A DNA stretch of 60,957 nucleotides from an uncultured virus (IMG/VR IMGVR_UViG_3300042691_048032) (IMGVR_UViG_3300042691_048032); one strand, 5' to 3'; positions 40,613-49,486 are shown, numbered from the stretch's first letter. Notes: generated by a model from the sequence alone, not told the origin. Numbers and translations: made by a program.

Positions 40613-40900
40613 CCCGTCCATGCCGAGCGCGTTGGCGGGGAGGGCGATCCCCCGTGCGGCCATGCCGGCCACCTCGTCGTCGTCGAAGTACTCGGCGTCG
40701 TGGAAGTGGCTGTGGCCCGCCTCGCACTCCCACCCGCGGTCGGTGCGGACGATCGGCGCCCCGCACTCGCTGACCAGGTCGCTGGGCGAATCGGGGTACC
40801 ACTCGAAGTCCTCGACCTCGGCGTAGGCCTCCTCGACCCAGCGCGGCGTCCCATGCACCAGCCAGGTGCAGCGATCCTCGTTCCGTTCGGTTCCTTCCAT
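40601..40900 (-). CDS. Hypothetical protein
   Basis: Conserved RBS leader. Confidence 0.7.
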   Translation of the reverse strand: MEGTERNEDRCTWLVHGTPRWVEEAYAEVEDFEWYPDSPSDLVSECGAPIVRTDRGWECEAGHSHFHDAEYFDDDEVAGMAARGIALPANALGMDGRTL

Positions 40901-40929
40901 GTTGACCTCCTTGGTCGTCGTTGCCTTCC

Positions 40930-40965
40930 AAGGTACATAACGGACGAACGCCTGTCAAGTGTGCG
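40930..40965 (-). promoter_or_regulatory. Class B motif nested with TTGACA-N17-TACCTT
   Basis: CGCACAC TTGACA ggcgttcgtc CGTT atg TACCTT. Confidence 0.8.
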
Positions 40966-40978
40966 TGATCGGGAACAG

Positions 40979-41008
40979 TTGACAATCACCGCCCGGCCGC
41001 CGTACGAT
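40979..41008 (+). promoter_or_regulatory. SigA-type promoter TTGACA-N18-TACGAT
   Basis: Divergent from 40965; upstream of 41048. Confidence 0.6.
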
Positions 41009-41047
41009 CGTCGGTGACGGCCCGAGGGGCCGGCAGAGGAGGACAGC

Positions 41048-41377
41048 ATGTTCAGGGAACCGATCCACGACGAGCCCGAGCTCGACCCGCCCGCCGGCAC
41101 GACCTACTGCGAGCACTGCGGGGCGATCGTCCCCGAGGCGTACGCCGACCGGTGGCCCGTCCCGCACGGCGACGGCTGGGAGACCGAGACGGTCTGCCAC
41201 ACGTGCCGCCCGCCCCGCCCGCGCAGGCCCGACGGCTACGTCCTCCACAAGCTCGTCGTCAGCATCTCGACGCCCTGGGACACCGACCCGGACGAGATCG
41301 CCCCGCTCGCGCAGGCCCTCATGGACGCCGTGGGGGAGTCCCCGTTCCACCTCGAGGCCGTCTGGCTCCAGCGGTAG
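41048..41377 (+). CDS. Hypothetical Zn-finger protein
   Basis: GAGGAGG RBS; CEHC..CHTC. Confidence 0.6.
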   Translation: MFREPIHDEPELDPPAGTTYCEHCGAIVPEAYADRWPVPHGDGWETETVCHTCRPPRPRRPDGYVLHKLVVSISTPWDTDPDEIAPLAQALMDAVGESPFHLEAVWLQR

Positions 41378-41390
41378 GGGACAAATCAGA

Positions 41391-41416
41391 AGGCCCGCCA
41401 CATGCGTGACGGGCCT
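41391..41416. terminator. Hairpin between convergent genes
   Basis: aggcccgccac-atgc-gtgacgggcct. Confidence 0.55.
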
Positions 41417-41456
41417 CCCTCAGCGCCGCTCGCGCGGCGCGGTCTTCGTGCGTGAC

Positions 41457-41894
41457 TCACATCCCGAGCGATGCCCGGAGCTGCCAGCGCCACTTCTTGT
41501 GCATGTCGTCGCGCTCGCCCAGGAAGTTGGCGACGCCCTGCTCGTCCTCGTCCATCGCGGCCCGGAGGGCCTTGTTGATCTGCGCGATCACAACGTCGTT
41601 CGCGGCCAGGAGGTCGCGCACCATGTCGGCCGGGGCCGTCGACTCGATCTCGGTCTCCTTCAGGGTCCTGAGCTGGGCGAACTCGATCAGGCGGAACGGC
41701 GAGAAGTCGCCGACCTTCCTGATGTCCTCGGCCAGAGCGTCGATGGATCCGTTCACGTCCTCGTAGATCTCGGCGAACAGCTCGTGGTACTGGGCGAAGT
41801 CGGGGCCGGTGACGTTCCAGTGGAAGCCCTGGAGCCGGTGGTTGAGGGTCACGACGTCCGCGAGCGTGACTTTGAGTTCCTGTGCGAGAGACAT
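41457..41894 (-). CDS. dps: Dps (DNA-binding ferritin-like protein)
   Basis: 'FHWNVTGPDF..YHELF.E.Y..D.LAE.IR..K..W.L'. TACCAT lies 6 nt before the ATG, suggesting a leaderless start. Confidence 0.9.
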   Translation of the reverse strand: MSLAQELKVTLADVVTLNHRLQGFHWNVTGPDFAQYHELFAEIYEDVNGSIDALAEDIRKVGDFSPFRLIEFAQLRTLKETEIESTAPADMVRDLLAANDVVIAQINKALRAAMDEDEQGVANFLGERDDMHKKWRWQLRASLGM

Positions 41895-41956
41895 GCTGCG
41901 ATGGTACACGAAGCGCCGGGTCACGGCGGTCGTGGGGTCGGGCGTGACTCGCCGGC

Positions 41957-42364
41957 TCAGTCGACCGCCAGGCCCAGCCCGGCGAACGCCGCGAGGAGCC
42001 CGTCGGCCTCGGCCGCGCCGACCTCGGCCCGCACGAGGGCCGAGTACCTCGCCCTGAACGGGCGGTCGTGTCCCATCGGCTCGCCGGCGGGGGTCGTCGC
42101 GTGGGCCAACTCGTGGAGGACGAGCCACAGGCAGGCCATCCCGCCGATCGTGATCCTCGAGTCCCGCGGGTTGCAGTGACCGCTCCCGAACCCCCTGCCG
42201 CGCACCACCGCCCAGCCCGGGGCGTGGCGGTCGACGACCTCCTGCGCCTCGGCCACGGTCACCTGTCGGCGGGCGGGGTGCTCGACGGGTATGCCCGCCC
42301 AGTACTCCCGCTCCGCCTCGTAGGTCTTGTTGGCGTAACGCTGGCGCACCGCGGCCCGCCTCAC
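41957..42364 (-). CDS. SprT-like zinc metallopeptidase
   Basis: VLHELAH...GHD..F. Confidence 0.6.
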   Translation of the reverse strand: MRRAAVRQRYANKTYEAEREYWAGIPVEHPARRQVTVAEAQEVVDRHAPGWAVVRGRGFGSGHCNPRDSRITIGGMACLWLVLHELAHATTPAGEPMGHDRPFRARYSALVRAEVGAAEADGLLAAFAGLGLAVD

Positions 42365-42525
42365 CGGCCCTCCTCGTCCCGCACCTCCACGATGTCCCAG
42401 CCCTCGTGCCTCATCGCCCAGTGGACACTGTTGCCCTGGATGCGCAGGAGTTGCTCGAACGCCTTGTCGTAGGTGTCGTGGAGGCTCTTGGTGTCCCCGT
42501 CCCGCTTCACGGCCCAGCGACTCAT
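42361..42525 (-). CDS. Hypothetical protein
   Basis: ATGA/GTGA coupled. Confidence 0.5.
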   Translation of the reverse strand: MSRWAVKRDGDTKSLHDTYDKAFEQLLRIQGNSVHWAMRHEGWDIVEVRDEEGR

Positions 42526-42905
42526 GCCGGCACCTTGCCCGCGGCGACGGAGAAGCAGACGTCGGCGAGGGAGTCGCAGTAGACCCCCGATGCCTCGGTG
42601 GCGACGACGACCTCGCCCAGGGTGTTGCCCTTGCTCACGAGGCGGACGAGGCGGACGCTGTAGGTGTCGTCCCAGTCCAGCACGACCTCGACGGCCTTGC
42701 CCCGCCCCGCGAAGAGGAGCGCACCGACGTAGTACGAGCCGTCCTCGTCCTCTGCTTGGATCGGCATCCACTTGCCGCCGCACAGGGCGAGGGTGTTGAT
42801 GACACCGATCTGGTGGATGATGACCTTCGGGTCGCAGGCGCGACCGCTCCGGTCGAAGGCTCGCTCGAGGGCGATCCTCGCTTCTGTGTTGGTGAGTTTG
42901 CTCAT
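42522..42905 (-). CDS. Hypothetical protein
   Basis: Conserved RBS leader; TTGACC-N17-CATCAT promoter at 42939-42967. Confidence 0.7.
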   Translation of the reverse strand: MSKLTNTEARIALERAFDRSGRACDPKVIIHQIGVINTLALCGGKWMPIQAEDEDGSYYVGALLFAGRGKAVEVVLDWDDTYSVRLVRLVSKGNTLGEVVVATEASGVYCDSLADVCFSVAAGKVPA

Positions 42906-42990
42906 GTTGACCTCCTTGGTCGTTTCTTGTTGACAATGATGATGGCACAACGGTGCGGCGAGGTCAAGCCCCGCCACACCGCCGGCCCGT

Positions 42991-43209
42991 TCAGAGCAGT
43001 TCCTCGCTGATTCCGGCCCAGCCGTCGGCGAGCTCGTTCTTGTACGAGTCCCACACCCGCAGGACGCGGACGTCCATGTCCCGCTGCCCGTCGTCCGTCC
43101 TCGTCTGAGGCTCCACGACCTGGGTGACGCAGGCGACGATGATGTCGTCCACCTCGTCGGCGGTGAGTTCCCTGTCCGTCTCGAACACGATGCTGATCTT
43201 GTGCTTCAT
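42991..43209 (-). CDS. Hypothetical protein (paralog of 56279..56458)
   Basis: Conserved leader; F.TDR.LT.DEVD..I....QV.EP. Confidence 0.7.
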   Translation of the reverse strand: MKHKISIVFETDRELTADEVDDIIVACVTQVVEPQTRTDDGQRDMDVRVLRVWDSYKNELADGWAGISEELL

Positions 43210-43243
43210 GGCTGACCTCCTTGGTCGGTTGCTGTCTCCTCCA

Positions 43244-43280
43244 CTAGAACGAACGGTGCGCACGGGAGTGTGCGCACCGT
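43244..43280 (-). promoter_or_regulatory. Class B motif within hairpin
   Basis: acggtgcgcac-actccc-gtgcgcaccgt followed by TCGTTCTAG. Confidence 0.8.
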
Positions 43281-43304
43281 CCGTCAGACTCCTCCCCGTC
43301 CCCG

Positions 43305-43694
43305 TCAGCAGACCTCCCCGATCTGCACGAGGAACTCGGCGAGGACGTCGGCGGGGTCGTACTCGTACGAGGGGAACGCCCTCTTGGCCACTGCCACGAA
43401 CTCGTCCAGCAGTTCCTTGCGATCGCCGGCGTACCAATAGGTGTTCGGCCCGCCCCAGCCGTCGTTCATGAACTCGAGGATGGCCACGCCGTCCTTGTAG
43501 ATGACCCCCTCGAACTCGGAGCCGTCCAGGGTGTTCTCCTCCCGCGTGATCGTCGCCGCGTAGGCGGACACGAGTGCGATGTCGGTGGGGACGCAGGTGT
43601 GCGCCCCGTCCTCGGCGCACCACTCGTAGGGGCAAGCCTCCACGATCTTGGCGGTGAGTTCTCGGGTCGGGCTGGTGATCTTCTTCGTCTTCAT
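43305..43694 (-). CDS. Hypothetical protein (paralog of 43774..44175)
   Basis: Conserved leader; EG.IYK....IL...NDG.GG. Confidence 0.7.
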   Translation of the reverse strand: MKTKKITSPTRELTAKIVEACPYEWCAEDGAHTCVPTDIALVSAYAATITREENTLDGSEFEGVIYKDGVAILEFMNDGWGGPNTYWYAGDRKELLDEFVAVAKRAFPSYEYDPADVLAEFLVQIGEVC

Positions 43695-43728
43695 GGGCGA
43701 CCTCCTTGGTCTGTCGTCGTCGGTTGTG

Positions 43729-43765
43729 GAACGAACGGTGCGGGCCGATGTGTGCGGCCCGCACC
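43729..43765 (-). promoter_or_regulatory. Class B motif within hairpin
   Basis: ggtgcgggccg-cacacat-cggcccgcacc followed by GTTCGTTC. Confidence 0.8.
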
Positions 43766-43773
43766 GAACCCGC

Positions 43774-44175
43774 TCACGAGTAGTTGGCGATTGCGTCGAG
43801 GAAACTGACGGCCCGACCGTCGTTCTCCCACTCCTTGTCGGGGTAGGCGAGGTTGGCCGCCCGCACGAACTCCTCGTGGAGCCTCTGCCACTCGCGGTTG
43901 TCCTCGTAGGTCGCCTCCGAGGACGGGTGGAAGGCGAGACACCCTCCGTTGCCCTCGTCCTCCACGGCGAGGATCGGTCGGTCGCCCTTGTAGAGCGTCC
44001 CCTCCCAATAGATCCCGCTGTAGTGCTCGTGTTCGGAGCCGATCTCGAACGAGTACTCGGCGATGTGCTCCACGTGCGTGGGTGCGCACCAGTGCTCGCC
44101 TGCGGCTCGCATCGCGTCGGCGTGTGCCTTCGTCGGGCGGATTCTCGTGTTCTTCTTCTTGCTCTTCGTTGCCAT
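43774..44175 (-). CDS. Hypothetical protein (paralog of 43305..43694)
   Basis: Conserved leader; EG.LYK....IL...DEG.GG. Confidence 0.7.
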   Translation of the reverse strand: MATKSKKKNTRIRPTKAHADAMRAAGEHWCAPTHVEHIAEYSFEIGSEHEHYSGIYWEGTLYKGDRPILAVEDEGNGGCLAFHPSSEATYEDNREWQRLHEEFVRAANLAYPDKEWENDGRAVSFLDAIANYS

Positions 44176-44205
44176 GTTGACCTCCTTGGTCAGTTGCTGT
44201 TGGTA

Positions 44206-44246
44206 CTAGAACGCTCGGTGTCGGTCGGAGTGTGCGCACCCCGACC
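44206..44246 (-). promoter_or_regulatory. Class B motif within hairpin
   Basis: ggtcggggtg-cgca-cactccgacc; N16; CGTTCTAG. Confidence 0.8.
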
Positions 44247-44248
44247 CG

Positions 44249-44545
44249 TCAGCAGACGAGTCCGTTCAGCATCGCCTTGCCGACGACGGGGAAGTCCCCG
44301 TCCCCTTGGGCGAAGAAGACGTCGAACCCGTCCTCGGCGCACCGTGCGAGGGCCGCGAGTCGGAGCAGGGCGAGGGAGAGGGAGTCGTAGTACTCCTCCC
44401 ACTCGTTGACGACACCGTCGTTCCAGCGGAGTGCGATCGTCCCCTTGCCGTTCTCGTCGACGACGGCCGTGATCGTCGCCGACGGGTGGTCCGGGGCGAA
44501 CTTGATCTCGCTGCTGAATACCTTCTTGTCCTGTGCTGTCTTCAT
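44249..44545 (-). CDS. Hypothetical protein (MKTAQ start)
   Basis: Conserved RBS leader. Confidence 0.7.
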   Translation of the reverse strand: MKTAQDKKVFSSEIKFAPDHPSATITAVVDENGKGTIALRWNDGVVNEWEEYYDSLSLALLRLAALARCAEDGFDVFFAQGDGDFPVVGKAMLNGLVC

Positions 44546-44642
44546 GGTGACCTCCTTGGTCTGTCGTTGTTGTCCCGATGGTGACACGGGGGTGTGGCAC
44601 GGTTCCCCGCACCACGCCCCCGTGGGGGTCAGCCCGTGGGGG

Positions 44643-44846
44643 TCAGTTGTCGTAGTCCGCCCAGATGGCCCCGACCGACTCGAGCCAGTTGCGGGCGGAC
44701 TCGTAGGAGTCGAACCCCGTCGCCTGCTCGGGCCAGCCCTCGCCGCGGATGAGGATGACCTTCCACTGCCCGATCGCCTCGTGGAAGCGGTAGACGGGCT
44801 TGGTGCTGATTTTCTGCTGTGCCTTGCTTTCCTGTGCTGTCTTCAT
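44643..44846 (-). CDS. Hypothetical protein (MKTAQ start)
   Basis: Conserved leader. Confidence 0.7.
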   Translation of the reverse strand: MKTAQESKAQQKISTKPVYRFHEAIGQWKVILIRGEGWPEQATGFDSYESARNWLESVGAIWADYDN

Positions 44847-44876
44847 GGTGACCTCCTTGGTCGGTTGCTGTTGGTA

Positions 44877-44907
44877 CTAGAACGAACGGTGTTGATCGGA
44901 GTGTGCG
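44877..44907 (-). promoter_or_regulatory. Class B motif CGCACAC-N16-CGTTCTAG
   Basis: Exact spacing. Confidence 0.8.
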
Positions 44908-44926
44908 GCCCGAACCGGCGATCCCC

Positions 44927-45142
44927 TCAGCAGACGACCGCCGTGTTCATGGCCACCTCGGTGACGCTCACGCCGAACCACTCGGCGACATCGTCGACGG
45001 TCTTGAGGCTCCCGAGGACTCCGTTCTCCTTGAGGAACTGGTAAGCCTGTTCCGCCGCGAGACTGCGGGCCTTGTCCTCGGTGTCGGCCACCGCCATCAC
45101 CTCGTACTTGGTCTGAACCACTGCCACGAATACTTTCTTCAT
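44927..45142 (-). CDS. Hypothetical protein
   Basis: Leader variant GACCAAGGGGGTCA. Confidence 0.65.
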   Translation of the reverse strand: MKKVFVAVVQTKYEVMAVADTEDKARSLAAEQAYQFLKENGVLGSLKTVDDVAEWFGVSVTEVAMNTAVVC

Positions 45143-45171
45143 GCTGACCCCCTTGGTCGTTGTTCTCTGTC

Positions 45172-45207
45172 AAGGTACTAAACGAACGAACGCCTGTCAA
45201 GTGTGCG
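45172..45207 (-). promoter_or_regulatory. Class B motif nested with TTGACA-N17-TACCTT
   Basis: Near-identical to 40930-40965. Confidence 0.8.
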
Positions 45208-45224
45208 CCTTCGTCAGAAGATAC

Positions 45225-45253
45225 TTGACTCAGCCACACCCCTATGTCACAAT
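45225..45253 (+). promoter_or_regulatory. Class A promoter TTGACT-cagccacacccctatgt-CACAAT
   Basis: 17-nt spacer with the conserved GCCACACCC core and a TGn extended -10. Confidence 0.7.
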
Positions 45254-45270
45254 GATCTTTGTCAAGGGAA

Positions 45271-45301
45271 CGCACACTCCTCGGGGGAGCGTTCGTTCTA
45301 G
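45271..45301 (+). promoter_or_regulatory. Class B motif CGCACAC-N16-CGTTCTAG
   Basis: Exact spacing. Confidence 0.8.
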
Positions 45302-45331
45302 GGGTACAACCGAGTGACCAAGGAGGTCAGC

Positions 45332-45715
45332 ATGGAGACATACAGAAATGCGTACAAAGAATCAACGACCCTCGAGGATGGCTGGGCGCAGGTGTACAGG
45401 GCGGCGGACGAGGCCCTCCTGATCGCGTGGGACGGATGCCACAAGATCTACATGGCGATGGATCAGCAGGAGGCGGATTGGTTCCGTCAGAACTACAACG
45501 GCGTTCACTGCGACGACCGCACTTTCACGGGGAGTCCCGAGGAAATGATCGCCACCATCGAGGACTGGTGGGAGATGTCCTGCCCGCTCAGGTTCGTCAG
45601 CGGTGTCTGGTCCAACCCGGCCGACCCGAACGCCGGTTTCATCAGCCTGATCCCGCAGTTCGTCGAGGACGACGAGGACTACGAGGACTACGAGGACGAC
45701 GAGGACGACGAGTAG
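45332..45715 (+). CDS. Hypothetical protein with acidic tail
   Basis: Conserved RBS leader. Confidence 0.7.
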   Translation: METYRNAYKESTTLEDGWAQVYRAADEALLIAWDGCHKIYMAMDQQEADWFRQNYNGVHCDDRTFTGSPEEMIATIEDWWEMSCPLRFVSGVWSNPADPNAGFISLIPQFVEDDEDYEDYEDDEDDE

Positions 45716-45720
45716 TCCGC

Positions 45721-45765
45721 CGAGCGGTGCGGGCCGCACACTTTGGCCCGCACCGCTCGTTCTAT
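45721..45765 (+). promoter_or_regulatory. Class B motif within 15-bp hairpin
   Basis: cgagcggtgcgggcc-gcacacttt-ggcccgcaccgctcg followed by TTCTATT. Confidence 0.85.
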
Positions 45766-45796
45766 TACCAACGACGACAGACCAAGGAGGTCACCC

Positions 45797-45973
45797 ATGA
45801 AGACACGCAACTGCTCGGGCCACAGCCCGCACACCTACTCCGCCGAGTGGATCGACCGGAGGCTCCCGTTCTTCGAGAGCCTGAGGTCCGGCGACCTCTG
45901 CGCCGACTGCCTCGACGAACTCGAGGCGGAGGAGTTCGTGGAGATCGTCCACGCCTCACCGATCGCCAACTGA
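45797..45973 (+). CDS. Hypothetical protein
   Basis: Conserved leader; CxxH/CxxC. Confidence 0.65.
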   Translation: MKTRNCSGHSPHTYSAEWIDRRLPFFESLRSGDLCADCLDELEAEEFVEIVHASPIAN

Positions 45974-45979
45974 TCGGGG

Positions 45980-46006
45980 CGCACACTTCGGCATCGTGCG
46001 TTCGTT
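45980..46006 (+). promoter_or_regulatory. Class B motif CGCACAC-N16-CGTT
   Basis: Exact spacing. Confidence 0.75.
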
Positions 46007-46037
46007 ACAGAGACAGACACAGACCAAGGAGGTCAGC

Positions 46038-46313
46038 ATGGAGACAGAGACAGAGGTGCGGGCGAGCGACCCGTGCGCATGGTGCGGCGAGCCGACGGCG
46101 TTCGGGTCGGGCAGGTTCGTGAACCGGATCCCCGTCGACGACGGCTGGGGGTGCGCAGAGTGCGCCGGATACGAGTGCGACGAGTGCGGTGGGCAGATCT
46201 ACTTGGACACCGAGGTCAGGGTGGACTACACCGACGACACGGGCAAGTGGCACTTCGGCAACTACCACGAGGGTTGCCACTCCCCCGACAGGCACGGCCC
46301 CTCCGCCGAATAG
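46038..46313 (+). CDS. Zn-finger hypothetical protein
   Basis: Conserved leader; three CxxC plus HxxC. Confidence 0.7.
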   Translation: METETEVRASDPCAWCGEPTAFGSGRFVNRIPVDDGWGCAECAGYECDECGGQIYLDTEVRVDYTDDTGKWHFGNYHEGCHSPDRHGPSAE

Positions 46314-46323
46314 CGGGAGTCGA

Positions 46324-46353
46324 GAAGCCCCGGCCCTAGAGGGTCGGGGCTTC
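46324..46353 (+). terminator. Intrinsic terminator-like hairpin
   Basis: gaagccccggccc-taga-gggtcggggcttc. Confidence 0.65.
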
Positions 46354-46419
46354 GTCATTACCGTCGCCGCGTGGCTAGGATGTCGCTGACAACTAGACAG
46401 CCCCACGGGGGCGAGGGAG

Positions 46420-46941
46420 ATGACCGTGACCACTGGAAGTCACCACTACGAATCAAGGTGGGCGGCCAACGTCGAGGCCGTCCGGGCCTGGGCCGCGAAG
46501 CACGGATCGCCGATGGCCCCCGCCGGCGCGACGATCCGCCTGCGTGACGGTCGGACGGCCAACGTCGGTACGTTCGTGGCGTACGCCCGCGCTAGGCACA
46601 GGAAGGGGCTGCTCGACGCCCGCCGCGCCCGCGAGCTGTCACGCATCCCGGGCTGGACCTGGGACAGGCTGCAGCCGGGGCCGAAGGGCAAGGAGTCGAG
46701 GAACGAGGAGATCCGCCGGCTCCGCTCGCAGGGCGTCACGCTGGCCGAGATCGCCGAGAAGTACGGGATGTCACGGCAGCGCGTCCACCAGATCGCGCCG
46801 GACTCCCCGGACGAGGCCAAGCACGAGGCCCACCTCGCCAGGCGCCGGCACCAGCGCACGAAGAGGAACATCGAGGAGATGAGGGCCGCCTCGAGGGCCG
46901 CCAAGGCCTCCGGGGTTCTGAGGAAGAGGGGGGTGCGCTGA
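46420..46941 (+). CDS. Helicase-associated (HA) domain plus sigma70-region-4-like HTH protein
   Basis: 'W...V.AV.A..AKHG..G..V..AR..G.L..R..EL..IPGWTW' followed by 'TLAEIAEKYGMSRQRVHQI'. Confidence 0.65.
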   Translation: MTVTTGSHHYESRWAANVEAVRAWAAKHGSPMAPAGATIRLRDGRTANVGTFVAYARARHRKGLLDARRARELSRIPGWTWDRLQPGPKGKESRNEEIRRLRSQGVTLAEIAEKYGMSRQRVHQIAPDSPDEAKHEAHLARRRHQRTKRNIEEMRAASRAAKASGVLRKRGVR

Positions 46942-47141
46942 TGCCCGTCCTGTTCTTCGCCGGCTTCATGTCGTGGTGCTCGTGGGCGCTGATGATCGCC
47001 GTCGGCGTCCTCCACGGGGCCGGCATGGTCGACCACACGCTCGGCTACGACCAGTCCTCCGCCCTGGTGTGGCTGGCCGTCCCCCCGGTGCTCGTCATCG
47101 TCGCCGCCGCTAAGTCGGTGGCCCCGAGGGACCAGGGCTGA
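46941..47141 (+). CDS. Small membrane protein
   Basis: Two TM segments. Confidence 0.55.
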   Translation: MPVLFFAGFMSWCSWALMIAVGVLHGAGMVDHTLGYDQSSALVWLAVPPVLVIVAAAKSVAPRDQG

Positions 47142-47149
47142 AACGAGAA

Positions 47150-47184
47150 GAGGGGCCGGCCCCCGTCATGGGAGCCGGCCCCTC
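47150..47184. terminator. Hairpin between convergent genes
   Basis: gaggggccggcccc...gggagccggcccctc. Confidence 0.6.
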
Positions 47185-47238
47185 GGACCGTCGTCGCAGA
47201 CAACGACGAACCGCGCCGGACGGTCGACCCGTCGCCGA

Positions 47239-48708
47239 TCAGTAGTGCTTCGGCATCCTCTCGGACGGGAACCTGATCGACCGGAGGTCCCTGCCGTGGA
47301 CCTTGCGCCACGAGGCGCGCCACGCCGGCGGATACCACCGCTTCGGCCTGCGGCCCTTCTTGAGGTCCTTGAGCATGCCCACCGCGCTCTGGACGTCGGG
47401 GCGCATGACCACGCCGCCCTTGATGGCGATCGTGGCGCACTCCACGCCCTGCGAGTCCTTGTACCGCTGGTCGGGTCCGTGGCACAGGCCGTCGGTCACC
47501 CAGACCACGGGCGACTTCCTGCCCTGTCGCTGCTCGACCGCCCATCGGGCCGCAGGTCCGTCGACGCCGTTGCCGCTCACGCGCTCGGGCATCTCGGCGA
47601 CCATGCGCCCCTTGTCTGCGATGACCATGAGGTTCGGGCGGACCCTGTCCCTGCTGTTGGAGCAGTAGACGGCGACCGTGCAGCCGGGGGCGGCCTCGAG
47701 GATGGCCTTGATGTCCTCCTGCGAGAACTTCATGGAGGCCGAGCCGTCGATGAGGACGACGCCGCCGACCGACTTCCGCGTGGTGTCGAACACCTTGCGG
47801 TCGGGGTCGGTGAGCATCCGGTACATGCGCCTCGGCGACGTGCCGACGTGCGAGGCCTTGCGCTTGCGGCCGAGACCGCCCGGGGCGACCTTGGGCATCG
47901 GCAGGCGCACGAGGCGCAGATCGTCCCACCACGAGCCGGTGTCCTGCGGCTTCATGGCCTTCACCTGCTCGGGCTTCGGGGGCTCGGGCTTGCGCTCCTT
48001 CTGCACCCCTCCCTCGCCGGCGTCGGCATCGGTGTCATCGGCCTCGTGGATGTCGTCCTCGGGAGGCCTCGGCGGGTTGGCGATGGCGTCGGCCATCGCG
48101 GCGATCGCCTCGGTGTACGAGTACCCCCACGGCGCGAGGCCCGAGTCCTCGTGGACGTCGGTTGACGCCAGCAGGTGCGTCGGCACCTTCTCGATCCACT
48201 TCACCACGTTGTCGTGGAAGACGCGGAGGGTCTTGGCCCATTCGGGCTTGTGCTTGCGCACGCCCTTGAGGTACTCGGTGAACCGGCCCGTGTTGGCGGA
48301 GGCCAGCGCCGAGTAGACGGCGTCCTCCCACCTGTCGTTCTCGGCGTGGAACTCCCCGCCGGGCTTCTCGGTCCCGTCGAACGTCTTGGACATGTCGAAG
48401 CCGGCGCGCTTCACCAGGGTGTTCACGCGCAACTCCTCGGCCGCGACGAGCCCCTGCACGGTGGCCAGACCGCGGGCGACCCACTTCACGGAGTCGTGCG
48501 CGGTGGGGCTGATCTTGGCGTGCATGAGTTCGTGCGCCCTGATGTTGCGCTCCACGGACGTGTTGCCCTTGGGTACCTGCATCTCGCGCACCGAGAGGTT
48601 CGTCCACGACTTGCCCGGCTCGAGGGCGACCTCGGCCACCGACCAGGGGCCGTGCTCGGCGTCCTTGCGCCCGAGCAGGTCGGGCATGGCGATGGTGGGC
48701 GCGGTCAC
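47239..48708 (-). CDS. VWA-domain protein with N-terminal HExxH metallopeptidase-like motif
   Basis: 'RAHELMHAK', acidic linker, MIDAS 'IDGSASM' and 'VTDG'; GTGA-coupled to the AAA gene. Confidence 0.75.
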   Translation of the reverse strand: MTAPTIAMPDLLGRKDAEHGPWSVAEVALEPGKSWTNLSVREMQVPKGNTSVERNIRAHELMHAKISPTAHDSVKWVARGLATVQGLVAAEELRVNTLVKRAGFDMSKTFDGTEKPGGEFHAENDRWEDAVYSALASANTGRFTEYLKGVRKHKPEWAKTLRVFHDNVVKWIEKVPTHLLASTDVHEDSGLAPWGYSYTEAIAAMADAIANPPRPPEDDIHEADDTDADAGEGGVQKERKPEPPKPEQVKAMKPQDTGSWWDDLRLVRLPMPKVAPGGLGRKRKASHVGTSPRRMYRMLTDPDRKVFDTTRKSVGGVVLIDGSASMKFSQEDIKAILEAAPGCTVAVYCSNSRDRVRPNLMVIADKGRMVAEMPERVSGNGVDGPAARWAVEQRQGRKSPVVWVTDGLCHGPDQRYKDSQGVECATIAIKGGVVMRPDVQSAVGMLKDLKKGRRPKRWYPPAWRASWRKVHGRDLRSIRFPSERMPKHY

Positions 48709-49421
48709 TTGGCCACCGAGTCCACGGCGAGGGCGTCGAGGACGGCCTGCGCCAACTTGTCGCCGAACACGACCTCGGCCGCGTACGGGGCCTCGCCGAA
48801 CGACTTGCGGAGCCGGTCGAACGCCATGAACTGGCGCAGGGAGATGCGACGCTCCCCGAGGTCGGCGGCCCTGCGTGCGTAGTCGCGCAGGTCGGGGGAC
48901 AGGCGCAGGAGCGCGTCGGGGTGCGGCTCGTTGATGCGGATGCGCACGGGGAAGCGGTCGGCGAGCGCCTCGGGCAACTCGTCGATGTCCTCCACGTTGG
49001 TCGTGCAGATCACGCTGTAGCCGGCCTCGGCGCGGACGCTGCCGTTCAGCCCCGGGTGGTCCAGCGCGATGGAGTCGTCGCTGTCGGTGACGGCGAGGAG
49101 GGTGGCGAGGACGTCGCCCGACGCCTTGTCCACCTCGTCCAGGATGAGCCGACCGCCCGAGCGCAGCGCGTTGGTCGCGCCGCCGTCGCGCCACGACCAT
49201 GTGCCGTCGCCCGTGGGCAGCCAGTGGCCGGTGACGTCGGCGGATGTCATGTCCTCCGTGCAGTTCACCTTCCACACGCCGTTGCCGACGCTGCCGTAGT
49301 TCAGGCCGGCGTACGTCTTGCCGACGCCTGGCGGCCCGAACAGGATGAGCCGGTCGATGCCGGCCTCGAGCGCGTCCTGTGCGCGCTTCCAGCACTTGGG
49401 TAGTTCGTTGTTCTTGCTCAT
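48705..49421 (-). CDS. MoxR-like AAA+ ATPase
   Basis: GPPGVGKT, LILDEVD, 'TTN..LPEALADRF'; conserved leader. Confidence 0.85.
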   Translation of the reverse strand: MSKNNELPKCWKRAQDALEAGIDRLILFGPPGVGKTYAGLNYGSVGNGVWKVNCTEDMTSADVTGHWLPTGDGTWSWRDGGATNALRSGGRLILDEVDKASGDVLATLLAVTDSDDSIALDHPGLNGSVRAEAGYSVICTTNVEDIDELPEALADRFPVRIRINEPHPDALLRLSPDLRDYARRAADLGERRISLRQFMAFDRLRKSFGEAPYAAEVVFGDKLAQAVLDALAVDSVAK

Positions 49422-49457
49422 GTTGACCTCCTTGGTCGTTTGTCGTTGTTGTTGTCA

Positions 49458-49486
49458 ATGGTATCCGAGTATCGGATGTCTGTCAA
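49458..49486 (-). promoter_or_regulatory. SigA-type promoter TTGACA-N17-TACCAT
   Basis: Consensus boxes upstream of the AAA gene. Confidence 0.75.
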
